From positions 38,566,001-38,630,000 of the forward strand of contig CM119372.1 in NCBI GenBank assembly GCA_051294905.1: a stretch of 64,000 nucleotides of DNA, written 5' to 3'. The DNA comes from Botryllus schlosseri (taxonomy: Eukaryota). Below the pieces are notes generated by a model, which ran no database searches, was not told the origin of the DNA, and worked only from the letters and a program-made list of their open reading frames with translations. The position numbers were made by a program, and so were the translations under genes. Shown piece after piece: positions 15,205 through 28,998 of this stretch; position 1 is the first letter of the stretch, and each line of letters starts with the position of its first letter.

Positions 15205-15457
15205 CTTTACATGTCAGTTGGATGCTTTCATGCGTCCCGATAAATAATCTGAAGTGCACTATTCAGCCCAGATACGAAAACAGGTTGTGAGCGACTGATT
15301 TATACCAACAAAGAAAATGATGTGCTACTGTGTCAGAATGGTGATAGTGCTAAATTCACTTGTTCGTTCTTTGTAACGAAGTGGCACTGAAATATTTTCC
15401 GGCGACATGTTTACGAAACAACAACATGTGAATGCATTTACAATAATATAGATTATA

Positions 15458-16504
15458 TCACACTGTTGTTTCAGCCTGTCCGGAGTTTGTAGGTTCGGCG
15501 TTACGCACCTTCGATGCGTTCACTTCTTGCTTATTGTCATAAGTTGCAGCGCATATTATTTTCCTCCGTAGCTCATTCCATGCCTGCGCTGTCGCGTGCC
15601 TTATCTCACTCGAACTGAAGTAGTAGATCAAAGGGTTTAGGCATCCAGTAATGCGGATCGCTGAATGTGAGACGAGAGATGGCGCTGTATATTCTGTGGA
15701 CTTGTCGTTAAATGCAGTCATGTATATCGCGGTACCGTATCCCGTCCCATATCCTATGAATAAGCTTGTGGTTATCATTCCAAGTTGACGAAACACTTGT
15801 ATATCTCTATATTGCGATGCAGAGCTCTTCGACTTCATAGCAGTTGATTTCTTCTTGGTCGCCAGGAAAATCATGATCGTGAAGCAAAACCCAATGACGA
15901 GCATGCTTGGGATGGGTATTCCAACAGTAAGCGACGATATAAGAAGATAGAGCCAGAAACCAGCCTTTTCCGGTTGGAAGTCGCATGCATTGATACCACT
16001 AGTTGTTTGTTCGAGATCAAGAATGAATAAAAATGGAATGGTTGCTGCTACAGCAACCAGCCAAGACGCGAGCACCAATCTAGTACATTTTCCAGGATTC
16101 ATCTCACCACGGGACGAGATAGCGTAGACGACGCCTCTGAAACGAATGTAACTCAGTAGAAGGACATGGTAGATTGTAGCGATCGTAGTAACTAAGTCAA
16201 CCGCAATTGGTAACGTACATACGATAAGAGGGAACTTGAAATCATTGATTGACTGCATTACATACACGTACAGAGGGCTGTTGCAAGCAGATATGATATC
16301 AGTGAAACAGAGTCCCGTCACAATGACACGAAACGTTGTCCTTTTCATCCGAAATAGAATTGTCACCATCAATGCATTGGCGACCAATCCAAGAAGAGAC
16401 AGGAGTCCAAAGGCAGTCCAGATAGACGCGTATGTAACGGCACTGAAAGGCGTTGGATGATCGGTGGTGTTCCTGGTTTCGTTGTCAGTTAACCCGGCTA
16501 ACAT
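15458..16504 (-). CDS. Intronless rhodopsin-like (class A) 7TM GPCR, orphan, ~348 aa
   Basis: Seven hydrophobic segments: TM1 GLVAN, TM2 LCFTD, TM3 Cys and SYIRF, TM4 W, TM5 P, TM7 NPLIYY; N-terminal N-glycosylation sequons (NET, NTT). First ATG is at 16504; the ORF track starts at an upstream TTG (16588). Confidence 0.92.
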   Translation of the reverse strand: MLAGLTDNETRNTTDHPTPFSAVTYASIWTAFGLLSLLGLVANALMVTILFRMKRTTFRVIVTGLCFTDIISACNSPLYVYVMQSINDFKFPLIVCTLPIAVDLVTTIATIYHVLLLSYIRFRGVVYAISSRGEMNPGKCTRLVLASWLVAVAATIPFLFILDLEQTTSGINACDFQPEKAGFWLYLLISSLTVGIPIPSMLVIGFCFTIMIFLATKKKSTAMKSKSSASQYRDIQVFRQLGMITTSLFIGYGTGYGTAIYMTAFNDKSTEYTAPSLVSHSAIRITGCLNPLIYYFSSSEIRHATAQAWNELRRKIICAATYDNKQEVNASKVRNAEPTNSGQAETTV

Positions 16505-17995
16505 CCTCTCGATTGGCCAACCTATATCATCCACGAAACTGAAAACGTCATGAACATTGCATCTTACGATCAGAATATCATTCCACAAATTACTTCATTC
16601 AATTCAACCTAATTATAAGAGAGAAGTGGAGCCTACCTAAAACAATATTTCAATTCCATGTAAACGTGTTTCCATAATGAAATAATTTAGTTGAATACGG
16701 TGGTTGCATGTGGGAAATTGTTGCTGACAAAATGTATTCACACTTTTATTTTTAATTTGAGACATCAGGTCTAGAGTGCAGTCGTCACCTCGTAAGTCAT
16801 TTCAAAAGTTTTCAAGTAATGCAGCTTTTCAAGGTGACTCGAATCAAGTAAAGTCATCTCAGATCTTCCGATTCCATGTCAACCTCACATTCCCCTAATG
16901 TCTGTATCATTTTGTGTGGATGCAGATGCCTGCATGGGCTAGACCTCGCTAGGCCTTGTCATGCTTGCTGACTAAACTATTACTGCGATATGATTCACGG
17001 GTTATTTATGTAAGTCACTGAGAATACTGGCAACGGTGAATAGGCTACTCAGTAATGGAAGGTTTATACATTATTATTTATTTTTACAGACACCAAAGTC
17101 AATTTTTTCATCTTTTTCGATTACAGAAAGTAATTGTCGAAACCCAGTAATGTATACCGCTTCCCTAATATGAACGTCCGATTACGAGAAAAACTCATGA
17201 CTTTTCGACTCCAGCGGCACTTTTTAGTACGATTTGTGGATATTTGGTTTGATTTAAGTAGTTGGAGTAGGATTCATAACGTTTTACCCAACTGCAACCG
17301 GTATTAAAAACTTTCCGTGATTCTTATTCCACCAAATGAAAATTTCACAAAACTGTTACTTCACTGCCGTGCTCTTAACTGCGTGTGATCGCAACTGTAG
17401 TACGACCGCTATGGGTCGACACCAACTTCAACTGCCGCAACTCTTTGAACGCACACTAACCGTATATGTGACCCGGTCACTGACAAACCCTATTAAGCCA
17501 TATCGCAATATTGTATTGTCGACAAAGTATGAAATCAGAAATCAATCTTACTCACTGTCTTACGATTATGAAGTCATGAAACTGACTGAATCGCAAAATA
17601 TAAGCTATGCTGCAGGCAGGCTGCAAGAAGTGGTCTCGCGAGTTGCGTGGTAGCGGACCCTTTGGCCAGTATAACTCGACCAAAAATTCATTCACATACA
17701 AGTTGAACTAGATATATGCGGACGAATCTCAGCTGTAATAAAGTCAGAAAGCTTTGAAATCGTCTGAATATGCCTGTAACAAAGCTTTATTGCGATGGCT
17801 AGATAATAGGTCAACTCCCTATCTTTATAATTTGCTGCCTCATAAAAAAAATTATGTCAGGTGAGCTGTATTACTTGGACGTATTGGCAGAACAATACCA
17901 TATCGAAATCAACTAACGTTTGTTTTCACAAGTTTACTGGTTTCGACGATAGTAGATTAAAGTGATTCGAAGTGATCAAGAAACATACTTTAGAG

Positions 17996-18860
17996 CAGGG
18001 GTGTCAAACATACGGTCCGCGGGCCGCATCCGGCCCGCCAGACGATTTCATCCAGCCCGCGAAGCAATTCTGAGTAGATTGAAAAATGTGTGTATATTAG
18101 CCAGCACATTTTTAACAAATGTTGGTATTTTTAGTACGAAATACTTCCATTAATCCCTAATCACATCATCTGTAGAGTAGCCTATGTTCATATACCACAT
18201 TATAACTAACCAATAGCGGTGTTGTGATTTAACTCTAGTCACCATTAGGATTATTAGGAACAACTAGCAAACATTTACCCCAATTCCGAGACGGCAAAAA
18301 GTGCATACAGATTTCAGTGTTTCATGGAAAAAATTGACTAAAAACTAGTTATTCAGAGAAGTGAAATGGCTAAATTGAAACCGCTATATACAGTTTATAG
18401 GAGAATATAATAGTTACGCAGAAATATTATTCAATTCTGACTCAAAAGATCCACGGACTCGAGAGAAACCCTTATCTCGATTTAATAATAATGATGTAAA
18501 TTTCAACGTCCGCGCTTACAGTTAAATCTGCTGTATTACTCAAAACGCATACGCAGGGTTGACGCCAGTATACTAAAACAAGGGCAGCATAGAAACATGC
18601 CAACTTATATCATCGTTAGAGCCAATCAACGTATTATTGCCTATTCCATTGTTTGCGAATAGAGATGTAGCAAGAATAGAACGCTTATTATCCGTAATAA
18701 AATGTAATATACTATTGTGATGGTAATAATAAGACATTCAAATGAAAAACAAGGTCATGGATTTTGAGGTGATATTTTGGAATCACTTGATTGGTGCGGC
18801 CCGCGAGCGATCTGAAGGTTTGAATCCGGCCCGCGAGGCAATTTGAGTTTGACACCCCTG
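17996..18860. mobile_element. hAT MITE
   Basis: Perfect TIR caggggtgtcaaac/gtttgacacccctg; TSD ctttagag. Confidence 0.93.
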
Positions 18861-20207
18861 CTTTAGAGCATCGATCTCATCATGTAATTGAATAGTCTTA
18901 GCAAGTGGGGGCATGGAACTATAGCCCAACGTACCTTTACGACCTATTCAATGGAATTGTTAGTGGTACTAGCATGTATTACGCCGACATATATCACAAA
19001 TCTTGCACTACTAATTTGAAAACGAGGTGTTTTTTCGCTTGCTGAAGTTAACATCGTACTACGTCACAGCGTACTGATCCAATCACTTTCTTCTTCACAA
19101 ATTGCCATTACGGTCGTCACTTCTACTTACTAGTGATTGGTGTAAATGCACTAAAGAAGTGAGCGAGGGTACTAATGCCTTTTAATACATGTCTTGTGAA
19201 ATCCTAATTCCCTTATATACCTCAGTATGTAATAATAAGCTGCACACATGAGCTGCGATGAATATACTGGGTTGCGCATCAGGTGTAGAACTTGATGCGC
19301 CCTAAAATGGGTTCTTATAGCATTGGGCGCTGATTTTTTTATATATTAAGTGCTCTCAATGAGATACAATTTGGACTTTAAACGACTATCTGAGCCCGGT
19401 AATCTTTTAAATGGTATTTAAAATCACGATTTCGGATTGACTTGAAATCTACTCATTCCAGGCGCATTAGTGAAGATTATATGGCTTTAAACTAAAACGG
19501 AAATTAAACGCAGGCGATTTAATATATCTATTGAACGTATGTATGTAAGAGCACTGGTTCACAACCGTCACTTGACCAACATGGCGAACACTTGCGATAA
19601 TCAGCAAAAATCAACACTCTTAACGTAAAATGTGTTCATTTCCATCCGTTTACCATCCCTGATATACGCGTGTGAATATCACACTCATGACAACACACGA
19701 AACCAGAACATATCAGACTTATGCGTCAGTATAAATCGAGTACAGCATTTTTACCCAAATTATGCACGTTGGGACGTATAGGATGGTGTGCACTGTGCAG
19801 GTGCACTTAGGCAAGTAGGATTTGTGACCGGCGTACATAATTTTGAGTTAGGTTTCGTTTTCGTGCACCACCCTTTTCGGCCCTTTGGATGTGAATACAC
19901 ACTCTTTACGCTAAGGCTGTACCACAATACGCATCTATAATACGTCAGTGTTGATTACTGTTGCACAAATTGAACTATGTATCAACATAGTGTTATAAGA
20001 CGAAAATCATTAAAATATGATGTTCGCAAGATTCCTTAAACGTTATAATGAATATTTATTGCAAACTAGTCTGACTTCTGTTGCTCTCTTGATACCAGTT
20101 CAGAAATGCGTGGCTTCATCTTGGAAAGTGCTATCGTATTGTCCGGTAGAACCGTATCAGTGTGATGCCAATTGCTTACCAAGTATATAAATATTGATGG
20201 TAGAAGC

Positions 20208-20382
20208 TCAAGCTCACAGCAGAGAGTCACTAAATATTCACAAACAAACATTGGTAGGTTCTGCACTAAGAACCTTGCACCTTGACAATCTCAAAAATTT
20301 TACTTGCTTTGTTGCAGAAGTTTGCTCGATATATCCACCTTTCCGTTTGTGAATATTTAGTGACTCTCTGCTGTGAGCTTGA
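20208..20382. repeat. Perfect 38-bp inverted repeat with 99-bp spacer
   Basis: 20208-20245 is the exact reverse complement of 20345-20382. Confidence 0.9.
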
Positions 20383-22195
20383 TGCGCAATCACACAACAT
20401 CAAGAGCGAAATACACTACATGTAGTCAGCGAATGATGCTTATTCAGCCAATCAATGAAATTGATATCACTGTCTGATGTAAAAAAAAATCTAGCAGGCG
20501 TACAGGGTCAATCTTGACTTCATATATTTATCGTATGATAAAACCCAAATCCGTGCGATTAGAGTGTTGGCTACTGCTGTATAACTTGTTAATGGGGTAC
20601 TATATCGGTAGCAAGTAAAGAAGCCCGTTTTACACTCTGCTCAATATCGACGTAGCAATATTCGGACACCGAATACATTGTCCGGTCTGGCGGGCTGGCC
20701 TAGAACGTAGAGGCGTAAGCTTATATTCCCTTGCAAGTCCTCGTCGAAATTATGTTGGCAAAGCCACGGAAGATATTGATTATATGGGATTATTATAGCA
20801 TTCGATTGCTGGTGTTGATACATTTGGCGACGCTTGAAAAGTCAGCATGCACTTCATAATCCATTGCAGCAGATACGACGACCATCGAACTTCGCTTAAA
20901 AGAGCCGTAGATCACTCAGGCATCTGCTTGCAATGGACAAATAATTATCCGACCCCGGAATGTTCCTAAATATTCTGGAATTTGTAAGTACCACTGGGCG
21001 AGTCATCTGATTGCTTGGCTATCTGAACTTTATAATGCGCCCTTGAGTCATGGTGCGAATTTTCTCCTCATCCAACCAACCAACATGATACGAAAACATG
21101 TTATCTTTAAATTTCGTGTAATATAAGGTAGTAGCCTATGCGTATAGACCGACTGGCGATATAGCATGTACCATGATAATAACATGATATAAAAATCATT
21201 TCTATTCGAAACATAATTATTGAATACCGTATTGGTAAATATCAACCGCAAACAGAATTCGTCGACTTCTTAGTTTATCACAAAGTTTCACACTCATATT
21301 GGCCTCTAATGGCCATAGAATGTTTGCTTACTGAACTTGAACATAGACGCCAATATTGAAATTGAGAACTTTCCGTATAAAACAAAAGCCACACATGTCG
21401 TTTTACGAAAATCTATATCGACGATTGACGGTCTTCATTTTCCACGCAATTGAAATTCACAATGTAGCATACATAAAAGTGACTAAACACAAAAATTAAA
21501 GTTTGGATTTCTATCACAAATGTAGACTTTCGCCAATCGGCTTCCACGACATTGAATAACTTATCTCATAATACATTTGAATAATATATGGTTATATTTA
21601 TTCCCGCAGTTTTTCGGGTAGACACATTCTGTGGTTGACAATTCTTCCATCGACAAACACTAGCTGGAAAATCCAATGCATGCTGCCAGTTATTATGAAG
21701 CTAGGTTCTCCATATTCGCAAAAGGCGCAAGTTTATGCCAACACAAAGAATTTGCGTATCGATTAAAAACCACTGAATAACTTTTTCCGTTCATGCATGT
21801 GCTATTGCTTTATCGTATTTTGAATTTTGCACTTCAATCTGTTTGACAGTATACTTATCAACACCGATTGTTGTGGACAAAGTTTTGAATGTTCGAATGT
21901 TGTTTGTTGATATTTGTTCTGTTAGATGTCTTCTTTTCATTTATCCAAGTCTTTCAATGATTGGATCAGCACACCGGTCTGTCAATCCATCCGTCACGCG
22001 CAGCATATTGTCGAAAACAACCGCCGATTCCAGTCTGGATCATAACAAATTATCTCGTGATTAACCACATCTCCGTGCTGTGTGCACTGTGCAGCCACAT
22101 TTTGCCGCCCCTGGCGTAGAGCCAGAACCACCAAGTAGGTGGGTGGCAGCCCATCCATTAGGGGTGTATGTGTTATAATTGTTGCTGTTGCATTA

Positions 22196-22205
22196 TTGTT
22201 GTTGC

Positions 22206-22280
<75 letters not shown>

Positions 22281-22288
22281 ATTGTTGT
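22196..22288. repeat. (GTT)n microsatellite
   Basis: Direct reading of the sequence. Confidence 0.98.
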
Positions 22289-22533
22289 TAATACTGAGGC
22301 CACCAAGTGTCTGTTTCCTACAAGGTGGAATGGACACTTGGTAGACGCATGAGTGCATGCTTTCTTCTTGTCTACGCTGGTACCTTGATGAGGTTTATTA
22401 AAGCTCTCTGAATACGACTCGCGAATCTCTTTACATCTACAATATCAGAGGTCTTCCACAGCTGCTGCGCCACTGGTTGTCATATAGTGAAATGTTGCGT
22501 TCATTTCGTCACGTCAACAGTGACGCCAATTGC

Positions 22534-23804
22534 CATTGTTGGGATCACGTCTCTGTCTTCGAGTCACAAGTCATGTCGAGTCCATGTACATTTTGATTCG
22601 AGTCAAATCAAATCAAATCAAGTCAAGTCACGAATGAAGTCACAAAGTCATGTCGAATTTTTGAAGTAAGAGACATGCTGGAGGTGATTGCATTTTGCAA
22701 GATGATTGCAGTATACAGATGAGGTCGCTATTGATTCTGAATCGGTTAACAAATAACTCGATAATATTTGCGTAGAACGGGGCGTTGTAAGGCTCACATA
22801 TACGTGAAACTGATAAACCACGTTTGCAGATGTCAGTCAAATGGATAATAGAATATGGAACCTCAGAATGTTGAAACAATTTGATGTGATGCAATCCACA
22901 ATCCACCTACATCTCCATACGATACAATTTAAGCCGTCACCGAATGTTGACAAGTAATAAAAATGTATAATTTATATCCAGCCCGATTCAACTCATACAA
23001 GAGGTTATCTTCAATGTGAGAATTAAGCACTCCATAGAACAGAAATATGTGATGTGATGTGAAATTTTGTCGGATTGGGATTGGATTAGGATTAGAGATT
23101 TTTTTTGCTGAACGGATTACGATTTTGATTGGATTTACCTATTTTCCTGGAGATTGATATCTCCTGTGGCGAATGGCGACAAAATTTATTCAGATCAGTT
23201 ACTAAGGTACTTATGGTACACTACACTACAGTGCCAATGAATATGAGATATGCAAAGTTATCGTAAATCAAGAGAATCGTTGGTTGAGAAAGAAAAATTT
23301 CCAATTCATTCCTTGTATAAATGAGCATGTTTTCTAAATTTCAAGTTAGAATCGGACTTGGATTGGACGCGAATTTGAATATACAAAAGTTCTGGAGTAG
23401 GATTTGGATTAGGATTTGAATCTTCGGATTTGGATTTGATTAGGACATATAAATTCAAAATCCGCTCATCTCTGGTGTACGACCACGTAATCTCTAATCA
23501 CTTCTCTTACGGTCAATATATTTGTGATATACCGACGGAGGCTCAGTAAAACCAGGCTGCTCAATCGTTGAATGACTGGCTGCTCACACATGTCATATCA
23601 GCGTGTCGAGGACATGTATACTGCTACTGCTACTTCTACCAAATTTTTCGGCGAGTATTTGATGACTTGAAATGGACTCGAGAATTTTCCTTCGAGTCAC
23701 GAGTCAATCCACATCTTATAAATGACGAAGCAAGTTATTTTTGCAACGTGACCAGAGTCAAATCAAGTCATCTAAAAAAGTTGACTTGTGTCATCCTAAC
23801 ACTG
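22534..23804. mobile_element. Old copy of the GACTCGAGTC-rich hAT MITE family
   Basis: Ends cattgttgggatc / tcatcctaacactg with gagtca/gacttg subterminal repeats; homologous to 56683-57587; TSD not preserved. Confidence 0.65.
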
Positions 23805-24025
23805 ACAAACACATCCATAAGGTCAGTAGTGTCAATACTGGGATTTGTAGAACTACGGGATCGCTGACAGCGTAAAACGCGACATCGCGACTATGCAAAA
23901 GTAGATCTGTATTAGAGCGCTCGTTTCAGATCGCGTGGTGACGGTGCTTCGTTTGTAACTTGAAGGCTGGGAATTTCCATTTTAAGGAGAGCGATCGGTA
24001 AGTATCGGTAGCGTATGATCTAAAT

Positions 24026-24415
24026 CAGTGGTTCCCAACCTTTTTCGACCTATCGCCCCCATTTCAAGCTCAACACCGATCATCGCCCACCAAATTTTGT
24101 GAGCCGAAAAATGGGCATACAAACTGTAATCACCGGCGGGTTGAATAAAAAAAAAAGGTCAACTTTCCGGCTCGATGTCGAATTTTACACTTTTGCAACT
24201 AAATTTTCGCGGGATGACTGAAAAAAAAAGGTCATTTCTCCGACTTGACTGCAATATAGCCGTTTTAACGCGTCATCGCCCCCCCTATAGCCCCCTTTGT
24301 TATTTTCGTCCCTGTGTCCATTTTCGCCCCCCTATCACCCCCTTCGTCATTTTCGACCCCCTAGACCGCCAAATCGCCCTCTGGGGGGCGATATCGCCCA
24401 CGTTGGGAACCACTG
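24026..24415. mobile_element. hAT MITE
   Basis: TIR cagtggttcccaac/gttgggaaccactg; TSD atctaaat. Confidence 0.93.
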
Positions 24416-25936
24416 ATCTAAATCTTTGTGAATGCGAGAGGACACATTTGATGGTCAGGGGATTGGTAATTTTAACAGTTTTGATCCTATCATTGAGCAG
24501 CGGGTTATCGGTATGATGAATTTAGGTACCGATATACCGCCAATCACAGGTACGACATATTGCTCGTCTTTGGAATATCTATCAGATAGTTCTCGAGCCC
24601 AAAGGCCACCTGCAAAAACCTTCGTGGGCATCGTCATCCGTTTACTTTCTATGAAGATTTTCCGACGTAGCGTTGAAGATATTATACACTTCGAACAATT
24701 CAATGGATCTCCATCGACTGCTAAAACTTTCACATTTGGGATAATTCGAAATGACAGCGATATGATGTGGACCAGTTGACGACGAAATGTGAAAGTAAAT
24801 TCACGTCAGCACCAAAAGACCAAAGCTGCTGACAACTCGCCCCCAAGGAATAATCAAACTAACAAAGATCAGTATATATTTTCGTTCCATGCTGACCCCG
24901 ATTGTGACGTATACCCTATTGCAGGGGACTGCAATCTTTTGTGTGCAGCGTGCCAAAATGTCAAAAAATGTCAAATTTTTATCAGCTGGCGTGCCAAACA
25001 TTCAATTTATTAATATTTAACGTTTCAAGCAAGGAGTACAACCAGCCGTTTTTCTGCGGCTGGCAACGGCATCCGTTACGCCAGTGATTCTTGAATTCTT
25101 ATTGGTCGCGACGGGAATCAATTTTGGTCGCTACCGCACCAGACCTATCGCTTAATGTACGTAATATTTACATAAATATAATTTCTCATTCGCGCAATGA
25201 TCAATCTTCTGTGGTTGATTTGGTCATTTCCAAGTCCACTGTGTTCGGTGCCATATCCAATAAGTGTCACGACAATCAGTGTTGTTACGATGATATATGG
25301 TCTGATGATGATGAAAATGTACTCACCCCCGTATCATTCAAGTCGGTTTGGTTTCACATTAAGATTCGTCTGACACTAGATTTGTCTGCAAAGGTCGCGG
25401 TAAATATTGTCGTTGTTCCAGATATATAGGAATCGCTTGATGGAAACCAGACTAAATTAAAATAATATCTTCTTCGGAGAGACCAACACGATTCCAAATT
25501 CCCATTTCGACACTGGGCCAATTATTTTCCTTGAAAAGTCTCATTTGATACGTACGGCTCAAGCTGCGGGCGCCGGATTATTCGGTGCTGGTCACTTCGG
25601 CGCCTTGACGGTGGACTTATGAATGTCGAACGCTTTGGCCATGGCCATGGCCTGCAGCATGCGCCGGTAATTTTGTTTCTAGGTTTTATCGCCGCCAATC
25701 ATTTTGGCAACGCATACACCGCACGGGAGTCGCATGTTGCCCGAAACGTGATTGAATTATTGACGGGTTGATTTTGAATCAAAGTACTTTGCCAGAGAAA
25801 ATGCCATAGACCACCAACTTGTATACGACATAAGAAATTTTATTCACCACTAATTGAGCTTTATTGTTCATTTTATACTCAAGTTGCGATCGATAAAGTC
25901 GACTTGAAGAAATCAATCGAAATCAAATTTTCTCAC

Positions 25937-26033
25937 CAAGCCAGAAATCTCCTTCAGGATTCCCAAATCCTTTCACGTATTCATACCAGCCGCGGTAGAA
26001 ATCAGCGTCTCCGTTGACTCTTCACTGAAAAAC
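25937..26033 (-). pseudogene. Orphan fibrinogen-related domain (FReD) exon with in-frame stop
   Basis: tgcag|VFQ*RVNGDADFYRGWYEYVKGFGNPEGDFWL(G)|gtgag, matching the FReD core VFQRRxDGSxDFxRxWxxYxxGFGxxxGEFWLG with canonical splice sites. Confidence 0.85.
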
Positions 26034-26648
26034 CTGCAACGGGATTTAGCTAGAAATACCATACGTCCTATTTTTTCAAGAAAGTGAAAATGTCCTCGGA
26101 GGACTACCAAATGTCTTATTTGTTCGGAATTTATCCTTTTTTTTTTACAAAAATTGTTGAAATACGAGAATGAATGGAACTCCGACGCACCGAACGCCAG
26201 GGTGGACTATAAAATAAACGAAAAATACGCCCTGACGGGTATTTCGGGAGAGAGATTGCAAACTGAACATATTTCGCTCCGGTATTGAAGCTTCCACAAT
26301 TTTTGAAAAGTGATCTCAAAATATGTTCACCCTAATTTACCAAACAATCAATGTTTTACAAATCTCATGAATTCTGTTTTCTCAGTCTGCGTTCGACGTT
26401 ATTGTATAAGACTTTCCGCCGATGCGAACTAGTTCAAACGCTTGGTTATCATAAACAGAGATTGCTCGAGACGTTGCCGACGCTCCATCTTCCCTACACC
26501 AGTTAGGTGGGAAACCGTTACACGATTGGTTGGGTGGGGTCAAATTGACCCTTTCAGTTAATATGCTATTTTTCTTACTAATTTCGTTACACAGCTGTCT
26601 AATAACCTCCTGCAGCACGTTATAACGATGAATCGTCCTTTTTTTTAA

Positions 26649-26920
26649 CCCTGGCCTACTGTCTACCGATTTCAAAGATCCCCCGGAGGCGTAACACCAT
26701 TACACGAATGGCGAGGTGGGGTCAAACACACCCCATCAGTTAATTATAGCAGTAAAGAAATTACAATAATACAATACAACAATACAACAGAGTAACAACA
26801 ACAACAAAGTAAATTCAATCCAAATCCTCCGGTTCCATGCATGTTTGACATGTGACTTTTTTCCCAGAGTGTTCTGGGCAGACAAATTGCCCACATACTC
26901 CACATTTTCGCTTGTTTTCC
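26649..26920 (-). mobile_element. piggyBac 3' end remnant
   Basis: TTAA|CCCT terminus at 26645-26652, ggggtcaa...cccc subterminal motif, minus-strand KRKCGVCGQFVCPEHSGKKVTCQTC* (piggyBac C-terminal Cys-rich domain, stop 26815-26817). Confidence 0.7.
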
Positions 26921-27656
26921 GGAGCCGGAGCCAGTTATTTGAGGGGCAGCTCCGGCTCCGACGTATTTCATAAGATTCTATTATACATGCAACAACCATC
27001 TATGCCGAGTTCACATAATTCAATTGCAGGCCTTCGCGAAATTAAGAATCTTTTCCTCTTTGGCGCTACCTTTTCCGACTAACCATGTTCCTGGGGATTC
27101 AACAGCAGAGCAGTCATATGTTCAATGTTCAATTTTCATACATGCGTGCCGAACCTCGGTATGCGAAATATGCCTGCGAATATCATGGGTATTCGGCATA
27201 CCCGCAATTTCATCATCAGCACAACCTTGTTGGCCAATTGTATACGGTTCGAAAATAATGATCACTATGTATTACGCGAAATGGAAGAGATGATAAAATC
27301 GTGATGTCGTTGCACATGTCGATATGACGAGCACGAGCCGAGAAATTCCATCTCATCGTTGCTATGAATCGGATGAGCAAATACTCGTTCTTTCGTGATA
27401 GTTCTTTAATCGGGCCGCGATATTGGACAGTGTTATTGAGTATGCAATTATGCATGCTAATTGGAATTCATTACTGCGCATCATCGTCATTCACTCCAGT
27501 AAGGATTTTCGAGCGTAGATAGGGGATGGCAGAAGAGTAGCCCAAAATCACATGGTATTTTATGCTGGAGACAAGTTACTGCTTTGATACGCGATTTCCA
27601 ATTTGTAATCATCTGTTTCGTTAATTCATTCTTGATGTATTCTTGATATTCTAGTA

Positions 27657-28998
27657 CAGTGGTTCCCAAATGGTGGGGAATTCCCCACTGGAGGGATTTC
27701 AATGGTTTCTGGTGGGGAATAGACGCATTTGTTCAAAATTATATAGAGGAGAGTCTACATATTCGCGGAGACACATGCACAATTACCGTTAGCAGTTTAC
27801 TGCTCTGGAATATATGTATCGGAAATTATATTGCGTGTTGTTCACAAAACCTCATTTTTAACTGTGGATTGGCAATGATGGCGTCACAAACGCATCCAGA
27901 ACGACTAGTTTGACGTGAAATAACGCTTTCGCGAAATTTTGAGTGTTACTGGTATCGGTTCACAATACGTTTTATGTTGCACTTATTGGCGATTGTCTTG
28001 CGTACTGGCATGGTTGTATGTCTTGTGTGGTCAAACCAGCAAATAGCTGCTCTGTGATGACAAAAGTGTTGGGCAGTGGGGAACAGGACCGTGACTGCCG
28101 CACCCCAAACTCCCCCGCGATTTAATATTGCCGAATATCTGATTACTGGGCACCTTTCCCCACGAAAATACGTACAATTTATAGAAATGCCGACTTCGCC
28201 GTCGGCCATTACTGCGCCACGACGCACCAAGTCATATGAAGTTATAGGCCATGCAACATGCAACTCTGAGAAGTGTGCCAGAACGATCAGCAGCGAGAAG
28301 ACCTTGGCCGAGAAGGAATGCCCTTGTGGTGACCCAAAACTTCGATGTATATACAATATACATATATGTTTAATTGGATAAATTGCTGGCGCCGAATGTT
28401 CCTGTCCTGGCGATCTGAACCGCACACGACAAATGCCATCCCGCAGGGAAATATTATTTGCCAGTAAAGCAATACCAATTTGAAATCGTGTGTGCCTTTT
28501 AGTTTTGGTGATTCCCATACCTTTTGACATAGCAGATATGGGAGGTCACGAAATAGCACAATGTAGCGAAGTCAATATACCAACGGGTCCACCCGAAGCT
28601 GTTCAATTTTTATATTTAGGGGTCCTACCTTTTCCAATACACCTCACTCAGCTCTACCGGCAAATCTGATTACGTGAGCAGAGCGGGGATAAAAAAATTA
28701 ATAGCAAAATATATGCAATTCCCGATCACATTGGCTGATTCAAACACGAATTATATCAATTTTTCGCGCTTCGCGCATTCAGTCGAAATAGGGTGACGCA
28801 CTAAACAGTAGACCCAATGTAGCTAATAAGTTGCAGGGAAAAAGCGTACAGGCTCAGCGGGGCTGAGGTGGTTCTGGGGGCCCAAGACCAACGTTTTTTT
28901 GATGGGGATGACAAAGTGCTGTTACGGTCCTGGTGGGGAATGAAGGCTCGGAATAAATCTGAAGTGGGGAATGAAGACAAAAAGGTTGGGAGCCACTG
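27657..28998. mobile_element. hAT MITE containing a nested MITE
   Basis: TIR cagtggttcccaa/ttgggagccactg; TSD ttctagta. Confidence 0.9.
28084..28932. mobile_element. Nested hAT MITE (CAGGACCGT family)
   Basis: TIR caggaccgtgac/gttacggtcctg; TSD gtggggaa; homologous to 48285-49599. Confidence 0.92.

Larger units (their letters stand above)
22400..25430 (-). pseudogene. Decayed peptide-receptor-like GPCR pseudogene split by two MITEs
   Basis: Minus-strand fragments in TM order: YIIVTTLIVVTLIG (TM1), MRNYIYVNITYI (TM2 start), VYVTIGVSMERKY (TM3, ERY-like), YVVPVIGGISVPKFII..SMIGSKLL (TM5), IYFCIVAMSRFTLSAIP (TM6), SSCGRPLIL (TM7). Many stops and frameshifts. Confidence 0.55.

Noticed and set aside
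22173..22358. Poly-Thr ORF
   Set aside because: Translation of the (GTT)n microsatellite.
27946..28530. 194-aa minus-strand ORF
   Set aside because: Crosses the junction of two nested MITEs and has no domain features.
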